From Eledone cirrhosa (Eukaryota): DNA of 64,000 nt. The number at the start of each line of letters is the position of its first letter. Position 1 is the first letter of the stretch. The stretch covers positions 398,040,001 through 398,104,000 of the forward strand of contig OZ024740.1 of NCBI GenBank assembly GCA_964016885.1. Direction: 5' to 3'. The position numbers and the translations under genes were made by a program. Below the pieces are notes generated by a model, which saw nothing but the letters and a program-made list of their open reading frames with translations, made no database searches and was not told where the DNA came from. Below, one piece after another: positions 26,526 through 38,034 of this stretch.

Positions 26526-27234
26526 GGATGCTAGCTGGGGGATACTTTTGATACAAGCGATCAATTTTGATTTCCGCACTTAATTTTTGTATGCATGGAT
26601 TGTAAGACTGGTGGTTCAAGAGGAAAGATGTTTTATTTGTAGGGATGAAAGCGACTTGTAAGCTTTCTACCTTCAAATACAGCAACAACTAAAATAGAAC
26701 AAAAGCAGCAACAACAACGACTAAAACAAAGCAAACCACGTGGTCACTTTATTTGATAGAAATAGCAATTCAATTTTCATACCATTTTAAAACGAAAATG
26801 CCACATTAAATAATCTAGTCATGAATACAATGATTGAAAATATGATGAGCTGGGAGCTACCATAAGGATAGAAAAAAGAACAGTTTGAACACAGAACTCC
26901 AACAGTGTGGTTATCGTATTACGGTGTATGTACGGTAAATGAAATTTGGTTCCAAATAGTAGGCGCAAGAATGAAAAGTAATATAAGGAAAATGAGCTGC
27001 AGGGGTCGCAATCTAAGAACGTCGGTGATTCTAGTGGTGGTAAAACAGTAAACATATAAGACGAAATAGTGATGCGTCTTCCTCGGATATCGAGTATTCA
27101 ATTGTTCAGTCAACTAGATTCCTAATCGAGAAATTAACGGGTAAACAGCTGAATATTCCGCAGAATTAGCATGACAGAATGCGACAAGGCTGGAGCTTCG
27201 AATTACAGGTACAACATAGAAAAGAAAACGACAG

Positions 27235-27392
27235 AATCGACCCTAGTATTGCACTGGTACTTTATCAATCGAATTTTAAAGTATGAAAAGCAAAGTTGAC
27301 CTTAGCGGGATTTGAACTCAGAGTGCAGAAAGCGGGAACGAAAAACGTAAGCCATTTTACCTAAAACTCAAACAATTCTGTCAGTTCTCCGC
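27235..27392 (-). mobile_element. tRNA-derived SINE
   Basis: actggtactttat...gcaaagttgaccttagcgggatttgaactcag. Confidence 0.7.
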
Positions 27393-28087
27393 TATATACG
27401 GCAAAATAACAGTTCTTTGGTTCATCTGTCCTCGCAGATGTTCAAAAGAGTTGCATAAGGCTGTAGGATGAGCTCGCAAAAAAGGAACAAATAAAAATGT
27501 AAAAGTAAGTGTTGGAAATTAAGAGACTGACTTACTGGTTAAGTTGAGACCAGATATGAAGGAAACTCTCATTATCACTTCAACTGTTATGAATAGTAGC
27601 CAAATATTTTCCTTAATCAAACCCATCGCGAACCAATGAGGCAATTTGCTCGATCACTTAACTTGATAGAAATAATACTCACAGTTTTCCCAGATCAAAC
27701 CACACCTTAGCCAATAAAGTGTTTTCATGTACTCATTGCACCTGCTAAAAATAGAAGTAAAATCTTCCTCAAAATTAAAACCGCTATCTTAAACAAAGGA
27801 AGGAGACGTCCTAGGCATACTAAAAATGATAGGGTGTACCTGGCTGAAATCCCTTTCGTCGTAGATCATCTCAATCAAGGTTGACCCAAAGTTAACCAAG
27901 AAAAACGTATATGGAGAAGGAGTTGAATATTCGAAAATTCATCTTGAAGACAAATTCATAACCTTGACAAATCAAAGCTGTTGTCTTCCTTCTCACAACT
28001 TCAACGATACACATCGGATGGCTGGTTGCGTTGAAGGGTTTCGTAAACAGGGGAACTTGCTAAATTGCTTCATGCTTTAACGGAATC

Positions 28088-28620
28088 GGTGAACATTAAT
28101 TACTCCACATGGAAAATCACTTCCTAGTGACTATTATTCCATGGTGAACATTTCTCCATGGTTAATATTACTCCGTGGGAAGGAAACATTACTCCATTAC
28201 TTCATGGTGAACACTACTCCACGATGGGCATTGCTTCGTGTTGAGCATTTCGCCATATTGAATATTGTTTCTTTGGGAGCAATACTCCACGGTGAACATT
28301 ATTCTATAGCGAACATTAATTCACAGTGAACATTATTCCACGAATGACATTGATCCACGGTGAATATTATTCCATGGTGGACGTTACTCTATTGTGAATA
28401 TTATGGTGAACATTACTCCATGGTGAACATTGTTCCATTGTGAACATTACTCCATGGTGGACATTGCGCTATAGTGGATATTGTTCTATAGTGAGGATTA
28501 CACCTTTGTGAACATTACTTCATGGTGGATATTTTTCTTTGGTGAGGATTACATCTTTGTGAACATTACTCCATGGGGAATATTGCCTTATATCAAACCT
28601 TATTTCACGGTGAACATGGC
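28088..28620. repeat. 17-bp degenerate minisatellite (consensus ggtgaacattactccat)
   Basis: About 30 tandem units with 17-bp periodicity. Confidence 0.9.
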
Positions 28621-29288
28621 ATCAGCAATAATCTTTTCAAAAAACATCATTGGGTGGGGTTGAAGATAAATAAAATGAAATAGTTTCATTTAGGAATCGA
28701 AACCGTTTCGAAGACTTCCCTCATCGAGTATTTTCCTCAATCATTGCGGTTCTTGCTATTTTTCTTTTCAAATAACACCAATCTTATACACTTTATTTAA
28801 CAGAGTAATTTGCTAATATTATAAGGATGGAGCAGAGTCGACGCAGTTTAACAACCATTTTATATACAGAAGAGATCGTAAATAGCTATTACTCATTTGT
28901 TAGAAATTTTCTATGATTCAAAGAAAAACAGAAGAGAGTAGACAGATGCTTAAAGCGCCATTATTAGAAGCATGAACTGACAACATGGAATAATTTTCTA
29001 TGATCTAAGACACGAAACATTTTATCTCTGCAATGACTTTAACATAAGCTCTATTAAATAAGGAAGATGGAAAAAAATAAAGTGAAAACGAAGATATTTA
29101 ATAAATAAATGGCAAGTGGAAATGCAAAATTGACCGATTACTTGGTCAAACATAATTTTAAATAGTTATTTTGCAATGTATATAAACACAGTGACATTCA
29201 ATAAATGTACGTACTCAAACACATAGGCACAAACACAAATATGTCTAAATCCATTGACATAGAAACACGTGACATATTCACAGAAAAA

Positions 29289-29290
<2 letters not shown>

Positions 29291-29384
<94 letters not shown>

Positions 29385-29397
29385 CCTGTCTATCTAT
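29291..29397. repeat. (TATC)n microsatellite upstream of Tx1 copy B
   Basis: Direct tandem repeat. Confidence 0.95.
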
Positions 29398-29399
29398 CA

Positions 29400-30268
29400 C
29401 TTCAGAAACTCTAGGCATCGAGGAGAACGAACTGACTAGTCTGTTCCGGAGGACTTTCCGTCTAGGGCCTATGGATAACTTCCAGAGGTTCTGGCCTGGC
29501 AGTGCTACCAAGGAGCTCTACCAGTTAGAGACAAAATCTACAGGCACGGACGCCCTGGCAGAGATCCTGCCTAAAGGACCTGTCCAAGATGCGAGCAGGA
29601 CATCGAAACCGTTCTGCACGCAATTGTTCAGTGCCCAGGGGTGACCGACCTGTGGAATTATGGCGAACAGCTACTGTCACGTGTGGGACACATCCAGTTG
29701 TCAGCCGAGTCCATCGGGAGGATCACCCCGTCGCCTTCATTTAAGAACGAAGGAGAGGCCGTTTTCCTCTGTCTGGTGGCTATGGCGAAAGAGGTAATAT
29801 GGTGGACGAGGTTAAAAGGACTGAGGGCAAACACCTTTCTCTCCGTACAACAACTTATCCCCTTCTTTAAGTACCACTTCAGAAGGAAGGTGAGAGTAGA
29901 GAGAGCGGTGCTACAACCCAGTAAATTCGCTGAAAGGTGGGTGAATGTGGCGAAAATGGCCCGAGTGAATGGGCCTTCTCTGTATATAAACCTGTAGCTT
30001 GAGGAAAACAAACAAAAGGAAGACGGGAACACCTAGAAAACGTGCTCCTGGTGTTGAAGGTTGTTCTATCTACGGGGTGTAAAACAACCCCGCAGTAACG
30101 TTCCCTCCTATTGGGATTTCGATTGTTTTATTTTATATATAGTTTATTGTTATATATAGTTTATTGTTATTGTAAGATTTTATGTAAAACCCCCGCCGTC
30201 ACGTCTTGTAGTGTCCCATTTTTGTACGCCCTTGTGGCAAATAAACATATCTATCTATCTATCTATCT
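29400..30268 (+). mobile_element. Tx1 copy B (5'-truncated; closest to copy E)
   Basis: ORF2 C-terminus ...RVNGPSLYINL*, 3'UTR resembling E, AATAAA, (TATC)n. Confidence 0.92.
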
Positions 30269-32505
30269 TAGTCAGGAAGGACGAAAATAAGGGGGATGAC
30301 AGATAACTTCAGGCCCATAACTCTGCTAAACACAGAGTTACAGATTTTGGCCAAGGTGTTGGCAAAGAGGCAGGCGCTTGTCGCCGAGAACCTGGTGGGA
30401 GAAGCGCAGACATGCGCAATCCCGACCAGGTCCATACACGACAAACTCCACCTCATGAGATACATCATAGAGAGGGTAGGGTGTGAACCCGGCTTCGGTG
30501 GGGCCCTGATCAACTTGGATCAGTCTAAGGCTTTCGATAGGGTTGACCATCGTTACCTGGATGCGGTGCTCGAGACGGCAGGCTTCGGACCCGTGTTCAG
30601 GGGCTGGATTGCTACAATGCACAGCAGCAACATCTGCTCAAGGGTCAAGGTGAACGGCTACCTCTCGGAGCCGTTCCATATTACGCGATCCATTCGACAG
30701 GGATGCCCTCTCTCCTCCCTTCTGTACGTACTGACTCTCGAGCCACTACTGCGGAAGTTGGAGCTATTGCAGGGCATCCCTCTGGAACCGGGACTGCGTA
30801 AAGCAACCTCGGCCTACGCCGAGGACGTGACAGTAATGGTGTCGAGCGCCTTGCAAATCGAGGAAGTCGGCACCTTACTGAAGGAATACGAAAGTTTCAC
30901 AGGAGCGAAGCTGAACCGGGACAAATCCATCGGTTTGCAACTCGGATCGTGCAGAGGAAAACCGATGCCTTCCGATGGCGTCTTCGGACGCTGGACGGAA
31001 GGACCGGTAAAGCTGCTCGGGGTCTGGTTTGGTCCGGACCTCCAGGTGGAGAAGAACTGGAACGAGGTGACGGCCAAGGTGTTTTCACTCACCCAGAAGT
31101 GGGCCGAGTGCAAACTATCCTTAAAAGGTCGAGCGGAGGTGGCGAACACTTTTATAGCGTCCGCCATCTACTACCGCTTGACCGTCGTGCCTTGTCCAGC
31201 CAAAACGCTCACCAAAATGGAGCGCGCGCTCTTCCAATTCCTTTGGAAGAGGCGGGCTCCTTTGGTGAGGAGATCCATCTGCTGCCAACACCCTTCCAAC
31301 GGAGGGCTGGGAATACCGTGGCTGACGATGCGCAAACACGCGCTCAGGCTGCGGTATCTCTACGTATTCCTCACCGGACAACCGGTGTGGGCCTCGTTCA
31401 TGAGGCGAGCCTTCCCACGACTCGTCTCGCTGACCGAGCTGTAGTTCTGGGTCAAGCAAAGACCGAGGAAAATGGGCGACTGGCACATCGAATGTGCTCA
31501 GGCGCTCACAGCCCTCTTGCAGGCGGACCCGGTGATCAGTGGAGACTCCACTTCGTCATTCTATAGAGGGTTGATCCGCAGCAAGTGCGACGACGCGCTC
31601 GGTGAAACTCTAGGCGTAGAGGAAGATGAACTGGCCAGTCTGTTCGGTAGGACCTTCCGTCCGGGACCGATGGACAACTGCCAAAAGTCCCTGGCCTGGC
31701 AGTGCTACCGAGGAGCTCTACCAGCTCGAGACAAGCTCTACAGAAATGGGCTCCCGGGCAGGGACCCTGCAAAAAAGATCTGTCCGAGGTGCGTGCGAGA
31801 CGAAGAAACCGTCGCGCACGCATTCATACACTGCCCCGGCGTCACCGACCTGCGGAGCTATGTAGAACGACTATTGTCGCGGGTAGGACAATCATGTTGA
31901 CCACCGAGTCCATTGTCATGATCAAACCGCCACCCCCCTTCAAAAACGAAGGAGAGGCGGTTTTCCTTTGTGTGATAGGTATGGCAAAAGAGGTTGTATG
32001 GTGGACAAGGTTGAAAGGGCTGAGGTCAGACACCTTTCTCTCCGGCCAACAACTGATTTTTTTTTTTTCAAATACCACTTTAGAAGAAGAATCAGGATGG
32101 AGAGAGAGGTGCTGTACCCCAGCAAGTTTTATGAAAGGTGGGTGAAAGTGGCGAGAATGGCCCGAGTGAATGGGCCTTCTCTCTATATCAGCCTGTAGGT
32201 CGAGGAAAAAGAGGAAGAGAGGAAAGGAGTACAAACTCTTCGTACTCCTGGAGATGAGGGTTGCACATTTTTTCGGGGGTATGTGTTACCCATATGAACT
32301 ATCTCCCCCTATTGGGGAAAATCGACTAATTTTTAAATTGCATTTGTGATAATATTTTACACGTTTTTATTGTATGGAAACTTCCCTCTTTGTATTTGTC
32401 CCCTTCTTTTGTGCCCCCGTGGCTAATAAAGAAACATATCTATCTATCTATCTGTCTATCTGTCCGTATATATATATATCTGTCTATCTATCTATCTATC
32501 TATCT
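30269..32505 (+). mobile_element. Tx1 copy C (5'-truncated, RT to 3' end)
   Basis: NFRPITLLN, QGCPLS, YAED (mutated YADD), CCHC, stop at 32198, AATAAA, (TATC)n. Confidence 0.93.
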
Positions 32506-32719
32506 GGACACATGTGCTGAGCTCGCTCGGTAAGTTTTTGTTTAAATTCATACGGAAATTGTAAACTGTAAACTTTCATTTTTGTACCATTTTGTAGAGG
32601 GACTGCCAGGTCAAATTTTGATCTGGTCGGTCTCTCAAAATATTCTGCGCCTTTGGGCGAAATAGTATTGTGAACATTTTATCTTTCGAAAAACTTCGAA
32701 AAACCCTATTTTGAGAAAA

Positions 32720-34572
32720 ATGGCTGAACCATCTTCACCATCAATCAAAGAAGGAAAGGGGAAGTCATACTCACAGCTTCCCCCTGCCACTGTCACAGCA
32801 GCAGATGCCAAAGGCAGAGGTCAGAGAGAGGAAGAATTGTCTTCACCTGTTGACCGACCACTAGATGTAGCCACAACTACACAAGAATTTGAAAACAACA
32901 ACAACAACAACGACAACAATAAAGACAACAAAAACAACAACAACACAAACGTCACAAGTATCCACACACGAAACGAGAAAGACAACAACAACAACAAAGA
33001 TGAAAACAACTCAAACGACGAGAAACAAAACAATACTAATATCCAAAACGAAAACAAAATATCTTTTGCACAAACGGCTAAATTATCAGTCGCTTATGTG
33101 CTGGAAGATATTTCAAAAGCAAAAGAAATGCTGGAAAAAGCCAAGAAATATGTGTCTTTTGGCGAAAACGGTTCGTTTTCTATACATTCACCTCCGGAGC
33201 TAAAAAGACAGACGGAATTACGAACTGTCGTATTCCGAACAATTTTAAATAAAACAAAGAAACCAGCGCAACCATCTCAAGCGGAAATTCAGTTAGTCTT
33301 GAAAGACACGATGAGAGACATCACTTTTATACAAAAGGATAAACTCTATGGGAGTTTATCCATATTGATGAAAGACGAATTGGCGGCAAAAAAATACTCT
33401 GTGTCGCCAATTCGGTCCACACACTACACCTTCTTCCCCACCTACATGGGTAAAAAAACCCAGAGGATATGGATAACCACCATCACCCCAAACATAAACT
33501 ACTGGTGGTTACTAACCGGTTTCCTCAATTTAGACGAGGACAACCTCATTTCAATAGGGAAGGCATCCGGCGACGCGTTCAGTGGAACGAGCCTCGAAGT
33601 TCTGACCCAAATAAGGCCAGAACGCATCGCCCAAATCCCTGAGCGCGTCATGCTGGATGACCGTACCCACCTCAACATTATTGTGGAGGGTAGGCGTCCC
33701 TCCTGTTACCTCTGTGGCAATAGAGGTCACCTGAGGGCTGCCTGTCCCCAGCTCACACAGAAAAAAACACTGCTACCAACACCAACACCACAACAAAAAC
33801 AACCACAACAACAACAAAAACCAACAACCCCACCACCACCACCACAACAACAACAACAACAAACACGTGAAAAAATAACACAGAATACTGTCCCACCCAA
33901 TCCCTCCCCACCCAAAACAAATACAAAAACACGCACACCGCAAACACTACCAGAAAACATACCCTCCCACCCAACAAGGAAGACGAACCTCTTTCGTCGC
34001 AAGACGAAAAAGATCCCTTCCAACAAGTAAAAAGAAAGAAGAGGAGACGCACCACAGACACACATGTTAACTTTAACCCCCCCCCCACAAGAGAACACAA
34101 ACTACACACAAACCACCCCTCCCTGTCACACAACACTAACTGCTACACAAAAAAAGACCTTACAATACACATACATGAACACAGACAACAAAGAATTACG
34201 GAAAACAATTTCAGCAAACCCTTCGGTCCAAACTGAAGGGCCAAACTTTATAACTGCTGTGGGACTACCTCATTTGAAAATGATAAAAGCCCCAATGCAC
34301 TTGTACAAAACACTGAAAATAAATTTCACGGAGGACGTGGCCCCCCCCCCCCCCCCTGCGACAAACCAATCAACCGCGTCCTCCTAAAAAAATTCACCCC
34401 CCCCCCCCACGCCCCCACCCCACCCCACCCAGACACCCACTCAACGACAAACACCCCAACCCCACAACACACCGATGCCCCTTCACTTCCACAAACCACC
34501 ACCCCACCCAACAACCCATCCCCAACCAGCATGGAAATTGAGCGGCCCGTTTCCCGGGACGCAGAGAGGTAA
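32720..34572 (+). pseudogene. Tx1 copy D ORF1 (CCHC gag-like; frameshifts in the distal low-complexity part)
   Basis: ATG at 32720, CYLCGNRGHLRAAC; pieces 32720-34030 and 34064-34387, and a C-terminal MEIERPVSRDAER*. Confidence 0.85.
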
Positions 34573-34596
34573 GTGCCTTTTCTCTTTACCACCAAC

Positions 34597-37500
34597 ATGG
34601 CTGTGCTAAGAGTAGGGTGTCTAAATGCGCGTGGCCTGGGCTCGTCTTGGAAGCAAGCAATGCTTCTAAATGACCTCAGGTCACAATCTATAAATGTGAT
34701 GGTTATCTGCGAGGCCCGGATCAGCAGCATGCGACAGCTAGCCCCCACCTTTGACGACTTTGAGATGCACGCATCTCTCTGTCAGCCCGGAGGTGGGGGT
34801 GGGGTTGTCGTTCTGCTGCAAAAACATATGGGCCTTGCAACACAGATAGTTCACTTGGACCCAGGGGGTCGACTGGTGGTGCTGGACCTTGGCAGTGGTG
34901 AAGGTAGAGCCTTTAGGCTGATAGCCGCATATGCCCCTTTTGGGACAGAGCGGCCCGACTTTTTCCAGCGTCTGGAGTCTTTTCTAGGGACGTCCCGTTC
35001 CCTGCTTTTAGTGGGGGATTGGAATGGTATCCTGGATGCACGTTGGGACTATGCAGGGGCATGTCCCGATAGAGAGGGGTGCAACAGCCTCAAGGGGTTA
35101 CTCGGCCGATTTGACCTGGCCGATAGATTTCGACTAGATTTTCCGACGGTGCCAACCTGGTCTTGGTCAAATCGCAGCGGATCATCTAGATCGTACCTAG
35201 ATAGATTTTTAGTTAGAAATAAGGACAGGGACTTTTTAAGCTGTCCAGAAATGCTCATAGTTGGCTATTCAGACCACAAGTTGGTGACCTGCATGGTCAA
35301 CCTTGATAGAACGCATAGACAGGGCCCCGGTTACTGGAAGCTCAACTTGTCCTTGCCGGCAAGTAGAGCCTACAGGAATCGGATTAGTACGTTAGTTAAG
35401 GAACGGTTGACTGGAGTGATCGTCAACAGCAGGTGGTGGGTATCTCTAAAGAGAGAGATTAGAGTAGTCTCGATTGAATTTAGTAAGATTCTAGCTGCGG
35501 ATAGGAATAGGAAGGAAAGGGAGCTAATAGATAGAGTAGAAGAGGCAATTAGAAGCGGCGACGTGGCCAGAGTGCTAGCGTCGAGAACGGCTTTGAGCCA
35601 GTTTTTCGACGCGAAGCACGAAGGTTGCGTTGTCCGAAGTAAAATACGTGCTCTAGGGAACGAGGGGACCAAAGCTGTTGGCTGGGCCCGCGTGACAGAG
35701 GCCAACAGTGGAACTAAATCCACCATCCGGTCTTTGCGAGACCTGGATGGACGGGCGATTCTTGAGCCTAAGCAGATGTGTGAGGCCTTTCAAAGGCACT
35801 TTGCCCGACTGTTCGGGAGGGGCGGGGAGCCGGTTGGGAACGTGGACTTCGGTCCATACCTCGACGGCCTGCCGCGCCTCTCGGACAGGGAGGCGAAGTC
35901 CTGCGAGGAGCCGATTTCGGCCGCTGAGATAGAGGACGTGCTGAGCCAATGCGGCAAACGCAAATCCCCGGGTCTCGATGGTCTTCCTTACGAATTATAT
36001 CTAGCTATGCCGGACTTGTTCCCCGATCTCCTCGAGGCGGTCTACTGCAACTGGCAACAGAACGGGAGAATTCCCTGTACTGTGACCAAGGGCGTAGTCA
36101 CGCTAGTGAGGAAGGACGAGAACAAGGGGGACGAAATAAGTAACTTCAGGCCCATAACTCTGCTAAATACAAAGTTACAGATTTTGGCCAAGGTGCTAGC
36201 AAAGAGGTTGGCGCTTGTCGTGGGCAACCTGGTGGGAGATGCGCAGACATGCGCTATCCCGTCCAGGTCCATCCATGACAACCTCCACCTCATGCGATAC
36301 ATCATAGAGAGGGTTGGGAACGAACCCGGCTTTGGTGGGGCTCTGATCAACTTGGATCAATCTAAGGCGTTCGATAGGGTCGACCATGGTTACCTGGATG
36401 CGGTGCTAGCGGCGGCAGGCTTCAGACCCGTTTTCAGGGGCTGGATCACTGCTATGCACAGCAGCCGCATCTGCTCTAGGGTCAAGGTGAACGGCTACCT
36501 CTCGGAGCCGTTCAAAATCGCGCGGTCCATCCGACAAGGGTGCCCTCTCTCCTCCCTTCTGTATGTGTTGACTCTCGAGCCACTACTGCGGAAGTTGGGG
36601 TTGTTGCAGGGCATCCCTTTGGAACCGGGATTGCGGAAAGCGGTGTCAGCCTACGCCGATGATGTGACAGTAATGGTGTCGACGGCCTCCGAAATCGAGG
36701 CGGTCGGCACCTTACTGGAGGAGTACGAAAAGTTCACAGGGGCTAAGCTGAACCGGGACAAGTCGATCGGTTTGCAACTCGGCACGTGGAGGGGCAGACC
36801 GATGCCCTCCGATGGCGTCGTCGGACGCTGGACGGAGGGCCCGGTGAAGTTGCTCGGGGTCTGGTTCGGACCGGACCTCCAGGTGGAGAAAAACTGGGCG
36901 GAGGTTACGAACAGGGTGTTTGCACTGACCCAGAAGTGGGCCAGTTGCAAACTATCCCTGAAAGGTCGGGCGGAGGTAGCGAACACTTATATAGCGTCCG
37001 TCATCTACTACCGCCTGACCGTAGTGCCCTGCCCAAGGGAAACCCTCACCAAGATGGAGCGCGCGCTCTTCCAATTCCTTTGGAAGAGGCGGGCTCCTAT
37101 GGTGAGGAGATCCATCTGCTGTCAACACCCTTCGAAAGGAGGGCTGGGGATGCCGTGGCTAATGATGCGTAAACACGCATTAAGGCTACGGCACCTCTAC
37201 GTATTCCTCACCGGACAACCGGTGTGGGCCTCGTTTGTGAGACGAACCTTTCCCAGACTCGTCTCACTCACCGAGCTGCAATCCTGGGTCAAGCAAAGAC
37301 CGAGAAAACTGGGCGCCTGGCACACTGAGTGTGCCCAGGCGCTCACCGCCCTCTGGCAGGCGGATCCGGTTATCAGTGGAGACTCCACCGCAACATTCTA
37401 TAGAGGGCTGGTACGCAGCAGGTGCGACGACGCCCTCGGAAAAGCCCTAGACATGGAGGAGGACGAACTGGCCAGCCTGTTCGGTAGGACATTCAGCCCG

Positions 37501-38034
37501 GGACCTATGGACAACTTCCAGAAGTCCCTGGCCTGGCAGTGCTACCGAGGGGCTTTACCCGTTCGAGAAAGGCTCTACAGACACGGGCGCCCGGGTAGGG
37601 ACCCCGCCAAAAAGATCTGTCCCAGATGCGTGTGCGACGAGGAAACCGTTGCACACGCATTGGTACACTGCTCGGGCGTAGCCGATCTGTGGGGCTATGT
37701 CGAACAACTGCTGTCAAGGATGGGACCGATCCGGTTGACCACCGAGTCTATTGTAATGATCAAGCCGCCTCCCCCCTTCAAAGATGAAGCAGAGGCGGTG
37801 TTTCTGTGCGTAATAGCCATGGCGAAAGAGGTTGTATGGTGGACGCGTCTGAAAGGACTGAGGTCAGGCACCTTTCTCTCTGGCCAACAACTGGTCCGTT
37901 TCTTCCGATATCATTTCGGAAGAAGGATCAGGATGGAGAGAGAGGTGCTGCACCCCAGTCGTTTTTATGAAAGGTGGGTGAAAGTGGCGAGAATGGCCCG
38001 TGTGAATGGGCCTTCTCTTTACATAAGCCTGTAG
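34597..38034 (+). CDS. Tx1-clade ORF2 polyprotein: APE endonuclease, reverse transcriptase, C-terminal CCHC (1145 aa)
   Basis: Kozak-like caccaacATGg; GCLNARG, YAP, GDWN, YLDRF, YSDH; SPGLDG, NFRPITLLN, KAFDRV, RQGCPLS, YADD, LLGV; CPRCVCDEETVAHALVHC. Confidence 0.95.
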   Translation: MAVLRVGCLNARGLGSSWKQAMLLNDLRSQSINVMVICEARISSMRQLAPTFDDFEMHASLCQPGGGGGVVVLLQKHMGLATQIVHLDPGGRLVVLDLGSGEGRAFRLIAAYAPFGTERPDFFQRLESFLGTSRSLLLVGDWNGILDARWDYAGACPDREGCNSLKGLLGRFDLADRFRLDFPTVPTWSWSNRSGSSRSYLDRFLVRNKDRDFLSCPEMLIVGYSDHKLVTCMVNLDRTHRQGPGYWKLNLSLPASRAYRNRISTLVKERLTGVIVNSRWWVSLKREIRVVSIEFSKILAADRNRKERELIDRVEEAIRSGDVARVLASRTALSQFFDAKHEGCVVRSKIRALGNEGTKAVGWARVTEANSGTKSTIRSLRDLDGRAILEPKQMCEAFQRHFARLFGRGGEPVGNVDFGPYLDGLPRLSDREAKSCEEPISAAEIEDVLSQCGKRKSPGLDGLPYELYLAMPDLFPDLLEAVYCNWQQNGRIPCTVTKGVVTLVRKDENKGDEISNFRPITLLNTKLQILAKVLAKRLALVVGNLVGDAQTCAIPSRSIHDNLHLMRYIIERVGNEPGFGGALINLDQSKAFDRVDHGYLDAVLAAAGFRPVFRGWITAMHSSRICSRVKVNGYLSEPFKIARSIRQGCPLSSLLYVLTLEPLLRKLGLLQGIPLEPGLRKAVSAYADDVTVMVSTASEIEAVGTLLEEYEKFTGAKLNRDKSIGLQLGTWRGRPMPSDGVVGRWTEGPVKLLGVWFGPDLQVEKNWAEVTNRVFALTQKWASCKLSLKGRAEVANTYIASVIYYRLTVVPCPRETLTKMERALFQFLWKRRAPMVRRSICCQHPSKGGLGMPWLMMRKHALRLRHLYVFLTGQPVWASFVRRTFPRLVSLTELQSWVKQRPRKLGAWHTECAQALTALWQADPVISGDSTATFYRGLVRSRCDDALGKALDMEEDELASLFGRTFSPGPMDNFQKSLAWQCYRGALPVRERLYRHGRPGRDPAKKICPRCVCDEETVAHALVHCSGVADLWGYVEQLLSRMGPIRLTTESIVMIKPPPPFKDEAEAVFLCVIAMAKEVVWWTRLKGLRSGTFLSGQQLVRFFRYHFGRRIRMEREVLHPSRFYERWVKVARMARVNGPSLYISL

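Noticed and set aside
28088-28620. CRISPR-like array
   Set aside because: Contiguous degenerate 17-mers without unique spacers, no cas genes, and a eukaryotic context.
36786-37172. Overlapping alternative-frame and antisense ORFs recurring in Tx1 ORF2 copies
   Set aside because: Expected from GC-rich coding sequence shared among paralogous copies; lengths and starts vary.
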